Shown: positions 1 through 14,400, numbered from the stretch's first letter. The stretch: 64,000 nucleotides of DNA from Ramazzottius varieornatus (GCA_001949185.1 BDGG01000017.1:713370-777369), one strand, 5' to 3'. Numbers and translations: made by a program. The notes: generated by a model from the sequence alone, not told the origin.

Positions 1-3000
1 ACATGGGGCTCGACCTTGCGCTTGCTGATCTTGCGGACCAGCTCGGTCATCTTCCAGCCCATCCGTTCTTGAGCCTTGTCCTTGGGCAGGAAGAAGGAGT
101 AGAGCATGGAGACGCCCTGGCTGAGCATGGTCACTTCCAGCTGGTGTTGGCGCTTGAAGTAGGCCAGAAAGTCGGCCAGCGTCATGTCGCCCTGCACCTC
201 GAAGCGATCCCACAGGGTCCACTCCTTGTCACCGTACTTGTTCTTGGGGGCTGGCATGGGCTCGCTAAAGCCAAAGTAGGGCAGCGCCAGGTTGACAAAG
301 GAATTCTTGTGCTGCTCCAACGACTTGTGTCCTGCAACCAGCCCTCACACATGACCTTACGTCCCACTTCTGGCTACCACTTTGTGGCCGTGCAAAGGAC
401 AGCTTCAGAACAATGGCTCGTCAAGTTGCTCATGCAGCCATGTTACATGCTCAGCATGCCAGGTATATGCAGCTGCTTGACAGAGGCCGAGGACTATATC
501 GTAAGGCAATGTCTAGGCGGCAGCCACCATACGACTATCTTACGGGAAAGAAAGCGGGCCACATACCTTGGAGCAGCTTGTACAGTTCCAGACAAACCAG
601 GCCGACAACGAGGGAAGTGGTGGTGGCGATGGCGGGGATGATCTTGCCGGCAATGAGCTTGGACTTGTGCCGGTCAGCCGGGGCAATGTCGTAGTTTTCG
701 GCCCGCAAGTTAGAGGTGGCCACGATAAAGTCCATGTGGAAGTTGCTGTCGTCGTCCTTCTCAAACTCGATAGCCTTCATGCGAAAGCCTGCAAGACATA
801 CATTTGGCTGGCCATAGTAGATGGTAGTATGTATAATATAGTGTGTGCCCCGAGGTACCTTTGAGGGCGGCGGGCGGTGGCAGGCTGTGCAGCATGTCGC
901 TGAGGGTCTGGTTGTCCTGATCCTGCAGGGAATGGCCAGCATCGCTACTCTGCTGTGTCTGTTCGGCTTCGGTGGTGGCAATCTTCAGGCCTTGCTTGGG
1001 CTGGAAGGGCGGCAGATGGATGGCCGCCGCCATGTCGTGCACTTCCGACGGCGACAGGTTACGGGCTAGACCGTACATTTCCGCCTTCAAGCTGGCCAGC
1101 GCAATGATAAAGCCCAAGTGCATGGCGTTGTCGGCGTTAAACGTCACTACAACCAACAGCAAGCCTTTATACTGCATCAACGGCAATAAGAATATAATTA
1201 TATGGCTAGTAAGGCCACCTACGAGCATGGGGACAGCGTTTAGGACCGGACCAAAAAGGTGTGCCGGAGGTGGTCATTTGGTCCTTGGGGAAGTTGTACA
1301 GTAGCTGCAAGATTTGGTTGACAAACAAGTCTTCAAAGTGTTGGCGCGCCAGCAGGACGCAGTCGGCGAAACTCTTGGGCTTCTCCTCGACCAGACACTT
1401 TTTCAGCAGCTCAACCATCTCCAAGGGCTGCGCTCCCGGTAGCTTCAGCACATGCTCCCCTATGTACTTGGGGTCTTCCAGATACCTAGCCAAGACGCAG
1501 GGGACAGCGCTATAGCCACAGTTAAGCGGGGCCACATGACAAGAAGGGACAAACAAACTAACCGGTTAACATGGCCGGCCGGGGCGTTGAAGAGGCCCTC
1601 AAACAAGTCGCGGGCCCACTGTAGCGTGTGCTCAATAGCGTTGGGAAAGTTCTTCAGTGTACAGATGGGGATGGACTTTTCCGGCGGATCTTGCGACGAG
1701 GAGTAGCTTTCCGTCAAGTGAGGGATGACCACTTGGACGTTGCCCTTCGTTCCCAGCGTACCTGCAGAAACAAATCTCTCATGCACCGACTAGCATACAG
1801 CGACCATGCCCGCCACAATAAGCCAGAGTCTGTACGCAGGTGCCTGACATGCCTCCCCCCTACAGCTTCTCCTGACCAGCCATATGATGGAGAGCTAGCC
1901 TACCTGACTCCAGCAGGGGTTTCTTGTAGAAGACACAGCGGCGGTCCATATACATGCGGGCATCGACATTGTCCAGGGCGTTGGCCACGCCGTCCAGCCC
2001 TTCAAAGAAGGTGTCGTCGTAGACTTTTTCCGTGTCGGGACCGACACGGTTCTGGTGGGAGATAATGTTCAGCTGGGGATTCATGGCTTTGGCGGCGGCG
2101 GCAGCCACGTCCGACTTGATGCGTTGCACGTCCTGCGGACGGAAGAGAAACTGACGGTTCAAGTTGGACTTTTCAATGGTGTCCATGTCCGTGATGATGA
2201 TCCGACCCTACAATAGAGGCTAGCCACCATTTAACACCGCAAGTCTGCTGGCTGATCTATACCCTTCATTTGTATTTACCGTATCTTCGTTTTGTCCTGA
2301 GTGCGATCATGCATACCTGCGGGGAACAGCCCAGGCCCATCATGGCGAAATTCTTGAGGAGTTCACAGCCGATGGCGCCGGAACCGACGACAAACCACTT
2401 GGAGGATTGCAGCTTGTGGACAAAGGCCTTGCCAAAGACGTGGTACTGGCCATCATAGCGCGAATTGTGGGCTTGGGCCTCTTCTTCGCTGATGACGAGG
2501 TTGGCGCCATTGGGGGCTGCTTCAGCAGAGGCTGCCGCTTGGCTAGTGGGCAGACACTCGAAGGCGTCAAAGTACAAAAACTGAAAGACGGGATGAAACT
2601 TGCCCGAGCAAGCCTTCAGCACTTCCTGGGCCGCAATGGAGCCCATCACCGACTGCATGGGACAGAGGTCGCCGCGACAAGTCCGGCTGACCGTCGTCAG
2701 CACAGCCTCGTCCAGCGCTTCCAAGCCACCTAAGGCTTCCTACAATTAACGGACAACCATAGTCAGCTTCTATCATGGTCGACAGGCCCTTCCGTTCCAG
2801 TTCCCACCTGTGATAAGCGACCCTTGACAGCCTGACAAAGGGCCACAAAGTTTAGGGCATCCTGCTGGTTGTGTGGCCGTGGGCTTTGGCCCTTGTGTTG
2901 CGCCCGGAAGTCGTCCAGCGCCATAGCGGCCAGATGCAACTGCTGGGGACGGCCCCACTTGGCAATGTCCATCTCGACAAAGGTGGGCTGTAGGAGCGAG

Positions 3001-4267
3001 TCGCGCAGCGTCTTGAAGTGCAGATGCTTGGCCATCTTCACCTGCGTCACCACGCCGCCCCGCACATAGGGGCTGTAGTGTGTCGTGTCGCCGATGGCGA
3101 ACGAGTAGGGATTAATATACTTGATGCGCAATGGCTCGGCCAAATGGTTCAACTCTTCCATCCCTTGCACTTCTTGGAAGCTGCAAACAAGATTCAATCT
3201 GCATGAGGTATGTGGCACGGAGGGCATCTACAGCGCCTTACGTGACACAATCACCATCCTCCAGCCCATGACGAGCTTCGTCGGCGGCCGTCACCACTCC
3301 CTTCTCGTCGTGGGTAATCAGCGAGACCATGCAGGAGATGGGCGGCTCGCCGTTGCAGTCCAAGACGGTAAAGTCCGGCCCAAAGTCGCAAAAGAGCTGC
3401 CCCACCAAGCCAAAGGTTTTGCACAACAAAAAGTGGCCATTGTTCTGGCGACAAATGTCGTTGATGACCATCGACTCGGCCAGGCTGCCTTCCGTCATGA
3501 CCACCACTTGGAACTGACTGAGAAAGTCCCGGCTCAACTGGCCGCGGTAGCTGGTGACGTCGACGTACATGTTCAGCTCGGCCAAGCGCGGACGACACAC
3601 ATCGACTCGACTCTTGCCCACGTCTTCCTCCCGTAGAAAGAACTGCGAAGCCAAATCGCCCATCTCCACATTACCTATAGCCAACCATGGACGGTACTTG
3701 GTACACAGTTAAGAAGCAGTCAGAGCGCAAAGGACAGACCATACCTTGGTCGTGGAGACAGACACTCTTGACACCACCCAAGATGATATTCTTGGCAATC
3801 TCCACGCCCAAACCTTTCAGGCCGGAAATGAGGATGCTGGTGGCGGCCATCCGTCGCATGGCTTCGTGACCCAGGACGTACAGCTGCCGCGAGTACAAGC
3901 CCTCGTCAATCTGCACTTCGTTGCAGTCACCCTGGTTGTGGCCATTAGTCTGGCCCACCGCCGTCATGCCGTGCGAGGCCGCGCGGACGGCCGGCTCTTC
4001 GTCAGCATGCTCCATGCCGTTGCGCGTCGAGGAATCCATGGCTATGCCCTCGCTCTGATGCGGAGGATGATTACCTTGAATATCACAAGAGACCAGAGCG
4101 TGGACAATGTCACCGTTGCTGTTGCTGACAGCGGAAGTAGCAGATGAGTTCGTTACAACAGTAGCAGCAGCAGCACAGTCAGAAGAAGAGGGATTGCGGC
4201 GTGGCTTCTTGGCAGGCGGACCTTCAAGCTCCTTTTCAGGCTGCTGATCGCCCAGATTGGTTGACAT
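1..4267 (-). CDS. UBA1: Ubiquitin-activating enzyme E1 (multi-exon; 3' end beyond the window edge)
   Basis: Exon translations give [46 protein letters not shown], catalytic [11 protein letters not shown] and [18 protein letters not shown] introns. N-terminal NLS-like [11 protein letters not shown] at 4267 is inferred. Confidence 0.96.
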
Positions 4268-5376
4268 CGATAACTCTCCTACAACAAGGCAGACATACAC
4301 TGCCTCCTTTCCTCCTGTCCAAGCTACACATCCCAGTTACATGACAACCCATGCTGCAAACTGTAATAAAGGAATTAACAATGTTCGATAGCCATCATTT
4401 ATTTCCAATTTTACTGTCATTGGTCGATTCTCCATGCAGGATTGCAGGTGCAAATGCGCCAACAGGTCAAATCAATGGCACACTGGGCAGCACACGCAGC
4501 GACCCCACCCTCTCATAAATCTCATCATCATTTCGACAGCCTTGTACAAGTGTACCAAAAACTTAGCCGTCGATAATGGGAGTGACAATTAAACGAGAGC
4601 GTAATTATTCTGTGACCAATAACGGTTTTGATTCGCCGCATGCGCAAGTTTCATTGGCCATTCCATCTGGCTCCTTCTAACACCCATTTTCGACGGTTAA
4701 TTTTTTGGTACACTCTGTATTTTGTCCCTATTTCTCCAAGAGTGCTGGGTTTGTCATGGGTTCTCATCCTCCGGAGAAGAGGAGGAATCTCCTAAACTTA
4801 CGTTAAATCACGGTAAGAATGTCGGATAGACCGTTCTTTTGTCGTGCCAGCTTGATCCGAAGTCCACTCAAGACAGCTCACAACGATCCTGGCGACTGAC
4901 CAATCCTTCCTCTTTCCCGTTCACCTGCTCGACAGAATCTGCTCCGGTCCGTGGAACTGTACCTAAACGGCAGCAGCAATTCAACTAGAGCAGAAAGTCA
5001 CGCCAAAAATCTGTCTCGCACAGTCGCACTGACAAGTGAAAATTTGCCCGAGAAAATTAGAAAATTGATATCGCCGAACAAACAAGTGGAGGTCCGGCTG
5101 GGGCGTCGGCACGGCCCTGACTGAGGGATGTTTGCATGTCTGATGAGTCACAATCGTTCGAACTTCGCTGGCTTTGACGACACAGTATGAGGTAATTTCC
5201 CCTGTGGCCTGTGGGTGTATGGACAGATCGCGATCAAGACATTCGTCGAGCAGATATTCCATATTCGATCGGAAGTGCGGAACAATAGTCAGTCTGCACT
5301 ATAATGTTTGTGAGCTTGCGTAATCATTGGTTTTCTTTTGCAGGTGAGAGGGTCTCCATGATATTGCTCCGTCGCG

Positions 5377-6600
5377 ATGTCATCATCTGAATTATTCCTG
5401 CGTAACCACCGCTCCTTCTCTCATAAAGACGAATTTGGCTTTGATGATGGAGATCGTCGAGGCACCCGAGGCTTTCGGAGAGTCTTCGATCGCGATACTG
5501 TCTACTTACCTCTTAGAATTCCCGTCACTGTGGTGAGAAGAGAATCCTTGCCGGACCGTTCTCCCCACAATGGACAGTGGACGTCTTGGCAGAGACAAGA
5601 GAGATACAGAGCTGAAGATAGAGGGGATGAGTTGCATGCCCAAGCGGCAGTTCGTGGGAGGCATACGCGTGTGGTTGTGCGTGAGGTGCTGCAGCTGGTT
5701 GGCCATGGATATTCATATTCCAGACGGTGTAATGCCACCTTCGTTCCGGCGCAAGTTAGACCGTCATTGACATTTGCCGAAGTTGAGCGCATCCTTTCTT
5801 GCTCTGACGCCAAAGTGAAAGAAGAGCGGTTGTCAACTTCGTTAACCTTTGCTGAAATTGAGCGTATTCTCAGCCAATCGAACATGGTAGAAGAAGAGCA
5901 AAACCCCGTGCAAGATGGTGCTGATACCGATGGGCAGCCTTTACTGTGCAGGACCAACAGTGGGCAGGGATCTGCCGATCAAGGGGAGCCGCATGTGCAA
6001 GAACCAACTGATACGGATGCTCCGAAAGAGGATGTTTCGCCCGCAACAAGTACCCTTCCGAAGGAGGATAAAGTGCTGAACCATGACGATACTGACCATG
6101 ACCGAAGCAAAGAGGAGCAAGTCGAAGCCAGGATCACGAAGACGGTAAACGAGCTTGTCTTTGCCATAAAGAAGAACGTGACGGACGACTTGAAGCAGTT
6201 ACAGAAGGCTCTGTCTGCTCCCCTGCCGGCCCGTCGAACCTCAGTTACCTCACGACTCAACTGTGGAATGATCCTGAAAGTGCCTGTCGAAGCCAAGGAA
6301 GAAGAAGGCCGACAAAGCAGCCCCATCTTTCGACGTCGAGCAGCCACCATGGCCTTCCACAGCAGTCCCATCACCGAGAGCAGTCCCATCACCGAGACGG
6401 AAGACACGATGAGCATCAGCAGTATAACCAGTGTCCGCTCGGGTAGGCGTACGCCTTTGGACAGCAGCAGCTTGGTCAACTTCCGTTCGCGTCTCAACAG
6501 CCTCCTGAGCCGCGACTCGCCTCGTAATCTCGCTGCCGTATACTCCATTAATAAACCAGCCCGTCGAAATACCATTTCTTTCGCCTACACTGTCCGTTAA
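5377..6600 (+). CDS. Orphan 407-aa, probably largely disordered protein; single long exon
   Basis: Long uninterrupted ORF preceded by a polypyrimidine/AG acceptor at ~5343. Internal duplications SLTFAE(V/I)ERILS x2 and SSPITE x2. No family recognised. Confidence 0.6.
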   Translation: MSSSELFLRNHRSFSHKDEFGFDDGDRRGTRGFRRVFDRDTVYLPLRIPVTVVRRESLPDRSPHNGQWTSWQRQERYRAEDRGDELHAQAAVRGRHTRVVVREVLQLVGHGYSYSRRCNATFVPAQVRPSLTFAEVERILSCSDAKVKEERLSTSLTFAEIERILSQSNMVEEEQNPVQDGADTDGQPLLCRTNSGQGSADQGEPHVQEPTDTDAPKEDVSPATSTLPKEDKVLNHDDTDHDRSKEEQVEARITKTVNELVFAIKKNVTDDLKQLQKALSAPLPARRTSVTSRLNCGMILKVPVEAKEEEGRQSSPIFRRRAATMAFHSSPITESSPITETEDTMSISSITSVRSGRRTPLDSSSLVNFRSRLNSLLSRDSPRNLAAVYSINKPARRNTISFAYTVR

Positions 6601-7398
6601 ACTCAGGTCCCCTTTGAGCCCATAGCCTTTCCATAACTGTCATGCTATTTCGTACTCGTTAAGTCTCGTTGACCAATGATTTGTTGCGCTGACCTGATCT
6701 AGATTGTATTCGAGGCCTTGATGTGGCATTTTCATTCAGAGTTTTATTGACTGACGGTGACTGTTGCTCTCTTGCCCTGTCTATAGTGGGGCTCTTCCAA
6801 GAATTCAGATCCGATTATTTTGAGCATTTCAGTCTTTCCGTATGGTATTTTTGGTGTAAGGATATCTTTCATGTCGAGGCTTCTTTGCAGAAAAAGAAGA
6901 CGCGGGTGCAAAGGGTCTACTTGCTGCGGCATGGTAGGTCGGGGTTATGGCTTCTGGCCGTTTGGCTGGGGGAGTTCTGTCCAACTTGTAACCCGCAGCA
7001 AGTTTACACAATCGGAACTCGGAAGTGTCAGATGACTTAGCCTGAATGTTGTTCCACAACAGCCGCTAACAGCTCATAATTTAAAACAGACTGCCTGCGC
7101 AAAAGCTGCTCATCACACAGTGTAGGAGAAGTCTAAACAGATCACCGTAGTACATGACGCCTCCAAAGTTGAAATCAGACTAGACAACAAAACTGACAGG
7201 ATGCGCCGCTTAATTAACGCATCAAGTAGTGTATACCGTCGCTGTGCGCATCCATGCATACTACCGTACAATCGATACAAATCGAACAAGCTGGCACCTA
7301 GGGAGCCAGAGCAGCAAAGAAGCCAGTGAATGTAGCGCTGTACAGAGCAGAGCAACTAAAGCAAGAGCAGACGATTAACTAAGATGCTTGCCGCTGTT

Positions 7399-10199
7399 CT
7401 ATCCCGTGGCGGGTTTCTCGGCAAACTGAGCATCTTTGCGAGCGCCGCCTGCCACGTCGCTGGGCTTCTTGTCACTGGGCAAAGCGCCATCCTCCTGGCC
7501 AGCCTTATCCAATCTGTAGGCCGTCACTTCCCCGTCCGCCTTCTTGGTGTCGCGGCGGGGCTTCTTCCAAAAGTAGGGAAGACCCACAACGGCTAACACA
7601 GCTACGATATGCAGCCAGAAGTACAAGGCCCTGCCAGAGAGAAAGAAAGAGCGTCAGTCTTTGTGCAAAGGCCGCACAGCGTAAGGGCATACTTGTAGAT
7701 GTTCCAGGCATAGCGCAGTTCCAAGAGCACAAAGGGGAATGTGGTGTACGACAGGACGATCCTGGTGCAAAAGAAGGTGATGAAATCGTACAAGATCTGG
7801 GTGGAGCGCCATTTCTGGAAGGGCGGCCGGAAGACTCGTCGACCCTGTAACCAAAGACAGCCAAGCTTGGGCATCTTCTCCGATGAATAGTATTTATTGT
7901 CAGAAGGCAGAGGACCTGACCTACCCATCGAGCTGCTTCGGTGAAGAGCGCCCCACTCAGGAAGGTGACGTAGTAGCCAGGATAGAAACCTGTCCAGGCC
8001 AGAAGGCAACGCTTAGCCTACTTGCGGCACCTAAGTGGACCGAACTCGCACTTACCATGCCAGAATGCCGACAGACTGTAAGTGGCCACCATAGGCACCA
8101 CCACGGCCCGATCATAGGCCACATATCGCAACCAGCGAGCGGTGCAAGAGTTCCAGGCTGCCAAGCATCCTCGAAGATTGTAAGCGAACTGTGGATTATA
8201 CATTATATGTAGATTACAGCATCCTCGTAGATTATAGGCAAACCTACAACCGTCCTGTCAACCGTCCTGTGGAGTGCGGACCAAAGCCCTCCGTGTCCTA
8301 CCAGGATACAAGACCTATCTTACCTCCACTTCGATGATATCAACGTTGCTGACCAAATCCCATCTCGCTTTTCCCAGCTCGTCGTACCTGCATAAGCAAA
8401 CAGGCCGTTTCATGGCAACTACATACCAACTTATTTGAGACAAGACTTGGTGAAGACGGCATAGATAAGGGAGCTTAGTACCCGTTAAAGCCCAGGCCGG
8501 AAGCGTTGGCCACAGCGTCGGCTAAAAACAGTTGGTACATTATACTATAACGAAGACAGCGTTTGACAATGTGGGCAGTATGCATGCTTACACAGAAGCC
8601 AAGCCAGGTAGTACTTGAGACGGATGAAGGTGGTGGCGATGAGGATATAGAACATCAGCTGGAAGAAGGACAGCTTGCTGACAACCGCATCGTCTGCAAC
8701 GACATAAAAGGCTCACTCTTAGGGAAAGGTGCGATAATAAGAGCCGAGAAAAGGCTGCTTACCGGTCAAGAGTTCCAGCGGGACAGCAGCGACCAAGGTG
8801 ATATGAAGATAACACAGCGCGGCCGCCGTCAGAACTTTGCGTGTAACCGGCCATAAAGGGGAAGGGTGGAACTGCGGCGGTGGCAGCAGTTCTTCCTCTT
8901 CCGAGCCGGCAGCCGTACCGTCCGCTTTGGGCACGGACTTGATATCCTCGTTCTTCTTGTAGCTACTGGGATTAACGGAACGGCCCTGGATAAAGTCCAT
9001 GTACTCGTCGAAGAAGCAGAAGGGCCCTGCAGTATGCAAAGGCATGTGCCTGTCAGCGCACAATTGACCCCTAGAGAACTAAAGATGGTAAAGGCTGCCA
9101 ACTTACCACACAGCAGGGACTGGAAGGAGAAGACATAGGAGCAAAAGACCCAGTAGTCCGGTGTGCTTCTGCAACGACATCATCCCATGTAGGACCAAGC
9201 CTCCATGACTCAAATTCATACAGATATAGGGGGCAATGGCCTTACTTGATGGCATGGCGGGCCTGTTCTGGGATTCGCAGTTGTCCAGGTCGCTCTCGCT
9301 CCTTGCCGCCATCGTGGATGGCAAAAGCATATGCCGTGATCTTTTGGACAATGACCATCATTGGCCTATATCATTGACCAGCATCGTAGATGAGATCGTA
9401 GCCATGGAATTTCTTCGACAGACTTACATTGTAATGTCTAGAGAGTATCCGCCATAATCGTTGACCATTCGGTAAATGTGCAGATACCTGTTAGCAGTTG
9501 AAGATACATGACCAATTCTCTAATCAGGAAGAACTAGGGATGTGTAGACGGTGTTTTTTACTTACGAAAGATAGCCGACGGCAGTAACAAAAACGATGAG
9601 ATGAGAGTACTTGGGCAGGCTGAAGTAGCTAATGGCATAGCAGACGGTGGTGATGGCCCACAAATACAACGATCGCCTGTAAAAGTAAGCAACAATGTGA
9701 TACGCGCTTATTCTCATCATTTCGAACATGACTTTTGTACTCACAAGCCGAAGCAGAAGAGGGCCGTGACAACTCCACCCAAACCTACGTACAAACACCA
9801 AGAATAGGCGCGTTGATGTAAGGCATAGTATATAAGAGGGACGAAAGTTCTCTGCTTGACCACTGACCACAAACTAGCAGACGGTAGTTGTGGTTTTTCT
9901 TCTTCTCAGCTGGCAAGTATAGCCGCAGTAGTGTCCCAATGATGATGCCAAATAGTTCGCATATCAGAAAGTTAATCTGCAGATAAATATGCAAGGCTCG
10001 TCGAGACAGAGCATGGCTATTTTGCTCGGTGTGAAGACGACAAAGAATACTGCCTGCTGACCTGATCCAGTTCAATACCAAAACGATCGGCTACAGGCTG
10101 GAAGAGCGTCGAGCCCTGGAAATAAATGCTGGGAATCTCCGCTCCTTGAAATAACTTTTGCCCTGAGAATTTGTAACGCATAGGCATTGCTCCCGACAT
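7399..10199 (-). CDS. Membrane-bound O-acyltransferase, MBOAT1/2 (oysgedart-like) lysophospholipid acyltransferase
   Basis: Exons encode GSTLFQPVADRFGIELDQ-INFLICELF, AGPFCFFDEYMDFIQG, AWNSCTARWLRYVAYDR and catalytic SAFWHG. Multi-exon. Confidence 0.9.
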
Positions 10200-11497
10200 G
10201 ATGGCGGATGAAGGAGTAACTCAGCTGCCAGTTAGGAAGATACAGTAGATAGTCCGATGGCAAGTCCAAGAGCGAGCTGCAGCCCTGTCACATTACGGTC
10301 GGACCTTCAAAGATGGGTTGATAGTTCGAACCAGCAGCTTGTCCAAGAAAAGAATGCAACCAGTTTACTTACAGTAATACAGTGTACTTATATAGCACGA
10401 GAGTATCCCTCCTCGTCCCTGATGCCTGATCAGTCATCCAGTCTCACTCCCAAGTATACTACTTTATTGGTCCGAATGCACCAGCGATTCCAGTTAAAGA
10501 AAAAAATTCATCTCAAACGTGGAAAGTTGCATGCCAGAAGGTAACAGTGAGGCGAGGAGCACCATTCTAACTTAACTTATAACACAACCTTGGAGACGTT
10601 AATTGGAATTTATCAGTATGTAGGTTGCTCATTTGCGTCTTCTTGAATTCCGGTCGTCTCCTCTTGGGCCTTGGCTGAGTTGGCTTGCGGAAAATTTCCC
10701 AGACTATCTCAAGGGTGAACACGAACAGCTAGCCCGCAGCACGGGCAGGGGTTACGATGGATGCTAAAGGGCATCGTGCTTAAAGCTTAAAGTGCTCCTC
10801 ATCGCGACTAAGGAAACCTCCGTCCCAGTGGAGCTAGTGGTCTGCTTATACTCTGGTGAACTGTAGAGATAAGTCACTCATTCCCATTTGAAGCCCATGA
10901 TCCCAATCATGATGCCATCAGTCATTACTGGTATTCGCCTCGGCCCCTTTTCGAACCTGGGGGCTTGCAAAGTGGGCCGTTCACCACTGGGGCTGACAAA
11001 TCCTCTGTTGATTTTTCGACAAAGTTCCAAACGCTGATATCCCTCCGATCCTTCGCATCCGTACGCCATACTGATCTGATATTTGCACCGCAGGAGCTTG
11101 AAGGTTGAAAGAAGAAGCGACGCTATCTGAGGTAAGTTGGGATGGTGGTTACCTGTGCGCAGCTGCCATGGCCCAGCTGTATATCGCCGGTTTGTTGTTG
11201 ACAGCTGAGTGCCGTTGAAGCCATCAAATGCTCAGCCAGCATGTGATCAGCGCTTAACAGTCCCAATTACGTAATCACACTTTGGCTCTAATCGTTTCCC
11301 GTTAAGTGGAATATTTTCAAGGCTAATGCGATACAGTACGGTCGTTTATAGGGATTTGATCTTGCAGGTTGGTGACACTGGATTACGAGGTGGATAAGGG
11401 AGGTGGGGATACTGCAGCGAGGGTAGTGGGAGCGCGGAATGCAAGAGAGCTGACCTGCCATTGTGGGAGGTGTCATTGAGGGAGAAGGAGCGGCAGG

Positions 11498-14400
11498 ATG
11501 ATGCCTGTCAGTGGTCGAACCCGACGTTTGAGCAGTGACGACTCGACCATTCGCTATTATCCCAACGTGGTGGATGTACAGGCCGAAGCGGCGCTGGCGC
11601 AACAACAGGGGCAGCATTCGCGATGGCGAGGCTCTACTGATGACAGTAACCAGGTACAACTTTCGGGCTTTCTGCATGAATTGATGGTATGTTGACGAGC
11701 ACGATGATTGCAGATGCTGAGCCATTCAGCGGCCAAGCAATTATGGGATACGGGCCTGACTTCGTCCTCATCCGCCGCAGACGGGCTGTCCGACCATCTG
11801 CTGTCCGGTGCCAGCATCTCCGAAGATCGCAAGACTGCCTTCAGCAGTCCATGGCGCAGTGAACGATCCATCTGGAGTGGCTCTTCTACACGACCAGGTG
11901 AGACTATCGCTAAGACGAACAAGCCTTGAAGCAAGAAGAAAAGCGCCATTTGACTATGGCAGGCCGATCAGGGACCTGCGTACTGAACCATGCTGTAAAT
12001 GAATGATAGAGTAATTGTGGGCTGGGCGCTGCACAGCGATCGCTGTTCTATGGCGAGACTGATGCTGACAATTTTGTGTGCCATGGTTTACTGTTGCAGC
12101 TTATGGAGTATCGCAGCCCATCTCGATGCAGCAACAACGGCAAGGCCAGTCGGGGCGGAGTAACGCAGGGCAGGAGGGCGACGATGGCTACTTCAACGGC
12201 GACAGCTCCTCCATGCTGTCGCCGCGTTCTCAGACGGACACCATGACACGACTGGTCTACGATGTCCTCTCTTCCTCACCGGCCACGGCGCCCAAAGAGG
12301 TGGAACTACGCCGGCGGATGCAGCAGCTGGAGTTGAGCCAGCACAACGCCGCCGCCAGTCGCGCCGACCGCTCAACGGGAAGTGACTCTGGCACCTCCTC
12401 CATTGCGCCCTCAGAGGCCACCCTGCTTGGTGGGGCAGCTAGTGAAGGCCAAGATAACGACGAAGAGGACTTTAACGGCAGTAGCCGGCGGGTGCCGGAG
12501 AGGAGCGGCAGACATCGCTTGGAGAAGAACATGTCCAGCTCCAAGATGGGCCAAAGCTTTGCTCGACTCAGCGAAGAAGGGTATCATATTGATTGTGACT
12601 TCCGTTCCATAGTACGATGGCGAAATAGTGTTTCTGTCCTTGTGCAGGAGTCCGGAGAAGCAGCATCTATCACCACCGGCAAGCGAGGCCCTTCAGCTGC
12701 GGGATAGTGCTGATAGCTTGTTGTCGGCGTCGGCGTCGACGGGCAGTGCTCAAGGTGGGCTTATGGATGGCAAGAAGCAACAGATGAAAGGTGGTGGAGG
12801 GATCAGCCAAAGCAAGAGCCAGGACACTATGGCCAGTCAGCAGGCTAAAGCAACAACGGCAGCAGTGGCCAACAGTCAGTATGGCACTTGCGCTCGGCGA
12901 AGTTCCCATCGGCACCATTCGGGCCAGCAGCAGCAACGCCGCTCCAGTGACATGTCTCTTCCACAAGATGTCTACTACCGCACCATACCGGACCAGCAGC
13001 AGCAGCCGCCGCAGCCGGACTTGTCCAACTTTGCTTTCCCTGATAACATGGCTATCTATGATTACGGGCAAGGTCTGGGAAAGTCCATGGCGCTACCGGC
13101 CATGGACTTTAACCAACAGGTACATGGCAGATACTTGTGACGTACCTGCATACACTCTCCTCAAGCTATTGTGGCATTTAGTTAATAGGCTAGTTCATGA
13201 TGCCTATAATTATGTTGGTTTGGACGTTGATTTTACGCTGTGCTGGTAGATGGCGGCCATGTTGCAACAGCAGCAACAACAGCAGCAGCAGCAGCAGAAT
13301 AACCAAGCGCAGCCGATGATGATGGCGACAGCGGGGATGTTTGGTGGGGAGATGGGAGGAGGCGGGGCAGCCTACAGTCCCAACTTTAGCGCCATGCCCA
13401 TGTACGCCACCAATACTGCCACCACTTCCTGGATACCCTTCTACGCCACCAGCTCCACAACGGACCTTAGTCAACGGCCACTAGTCGATCCACGTCTCTC
13501 GCCACTACCCTTGGCTAATAGCTCTAGCACTGTAAGTCCACTGTCAATGCCAGATTCCCCCACTTAAGGCAAGGTCCCCCTGTACAACAAGGCACAGTAT
13601 ATGGTCTTGCTTTCAGGCTGTCAGTCGTCCCGATTCAGCATTGGCCTTTTTTACGCCAGCTGGCGCCTACTGGGATCAAGCGTCGGGGGCCTTTGTGCAG
13701 GTGGGCAGTCCGCTGTCCCACTCGACACTACAAGCCGCCATGCAACAGCAGCAGCAACAGCAGCAGCAACAACAACAACAACGGCTGGCCATGATGATGA
13801 ATCAAAGCCAAGGAGCAACGGGGCAGAGCAAGGGTCGGCAGCCGGAGACGCAGCCGCTCTTTGCCAGTATGAGCGGTCTAGCAGGGCCGGCCACGGCCGC
13901 CATCAACGTCATGTACGCCAGCAGCCCGCCAGCCCTCTACAACTACCTGGAGATGATGTCGCCACCGACCTACCAGTACTTTAACCAGGCCATGACCACC
14001 CTCAGCACGGCCAGTGTCCAGCCAGCAGCGCCACGGGAAGATAGGAATGGGCCGCTGATGGCTGGTCGACGGGATAACGGCCGCAGTGGCCAAGTGACGA
14101 CAGGCCAGCAGGAGAGACTGGTGCACCATAAGCTGCCCTCTGCCAATAGCGCCGCCTTCTTCCCGCCCAGCACCATCGAGCCGATGGGCAGTGGCCCACC
14201 AGGCCCTCTCACCACCCGAAGCCGCCTCTTGGAAGATTTCCGCAATAACCGGTAGGAAGACGTGACGTTAGGCAGCAGCTCTCTTCCTTTGCAAAATGTC
14301 CCAGCGCAAGGGGTCAGTCTAGTAGGAAATAACTGGTGACTTTGTTTGCAGGCATCCCAACTTGACATTCCGCGAAGTACAAGGCTACATTGTGGAGTTC

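Noticed and set aside
3-4147. Long + strand ORFs antisense to UBA1 (likewise those opposite epsin, Pumilio and TBC1D22)
   Set aside because: Shadow frames produced by GC-rich codon usage on the coding strand.
8247-8270. 12-bp tandem duplication caaccgtcctgt x2 in an MBOAT intron
   Set aside because: Ordinary slippage-scale duplication with no evidence of function.
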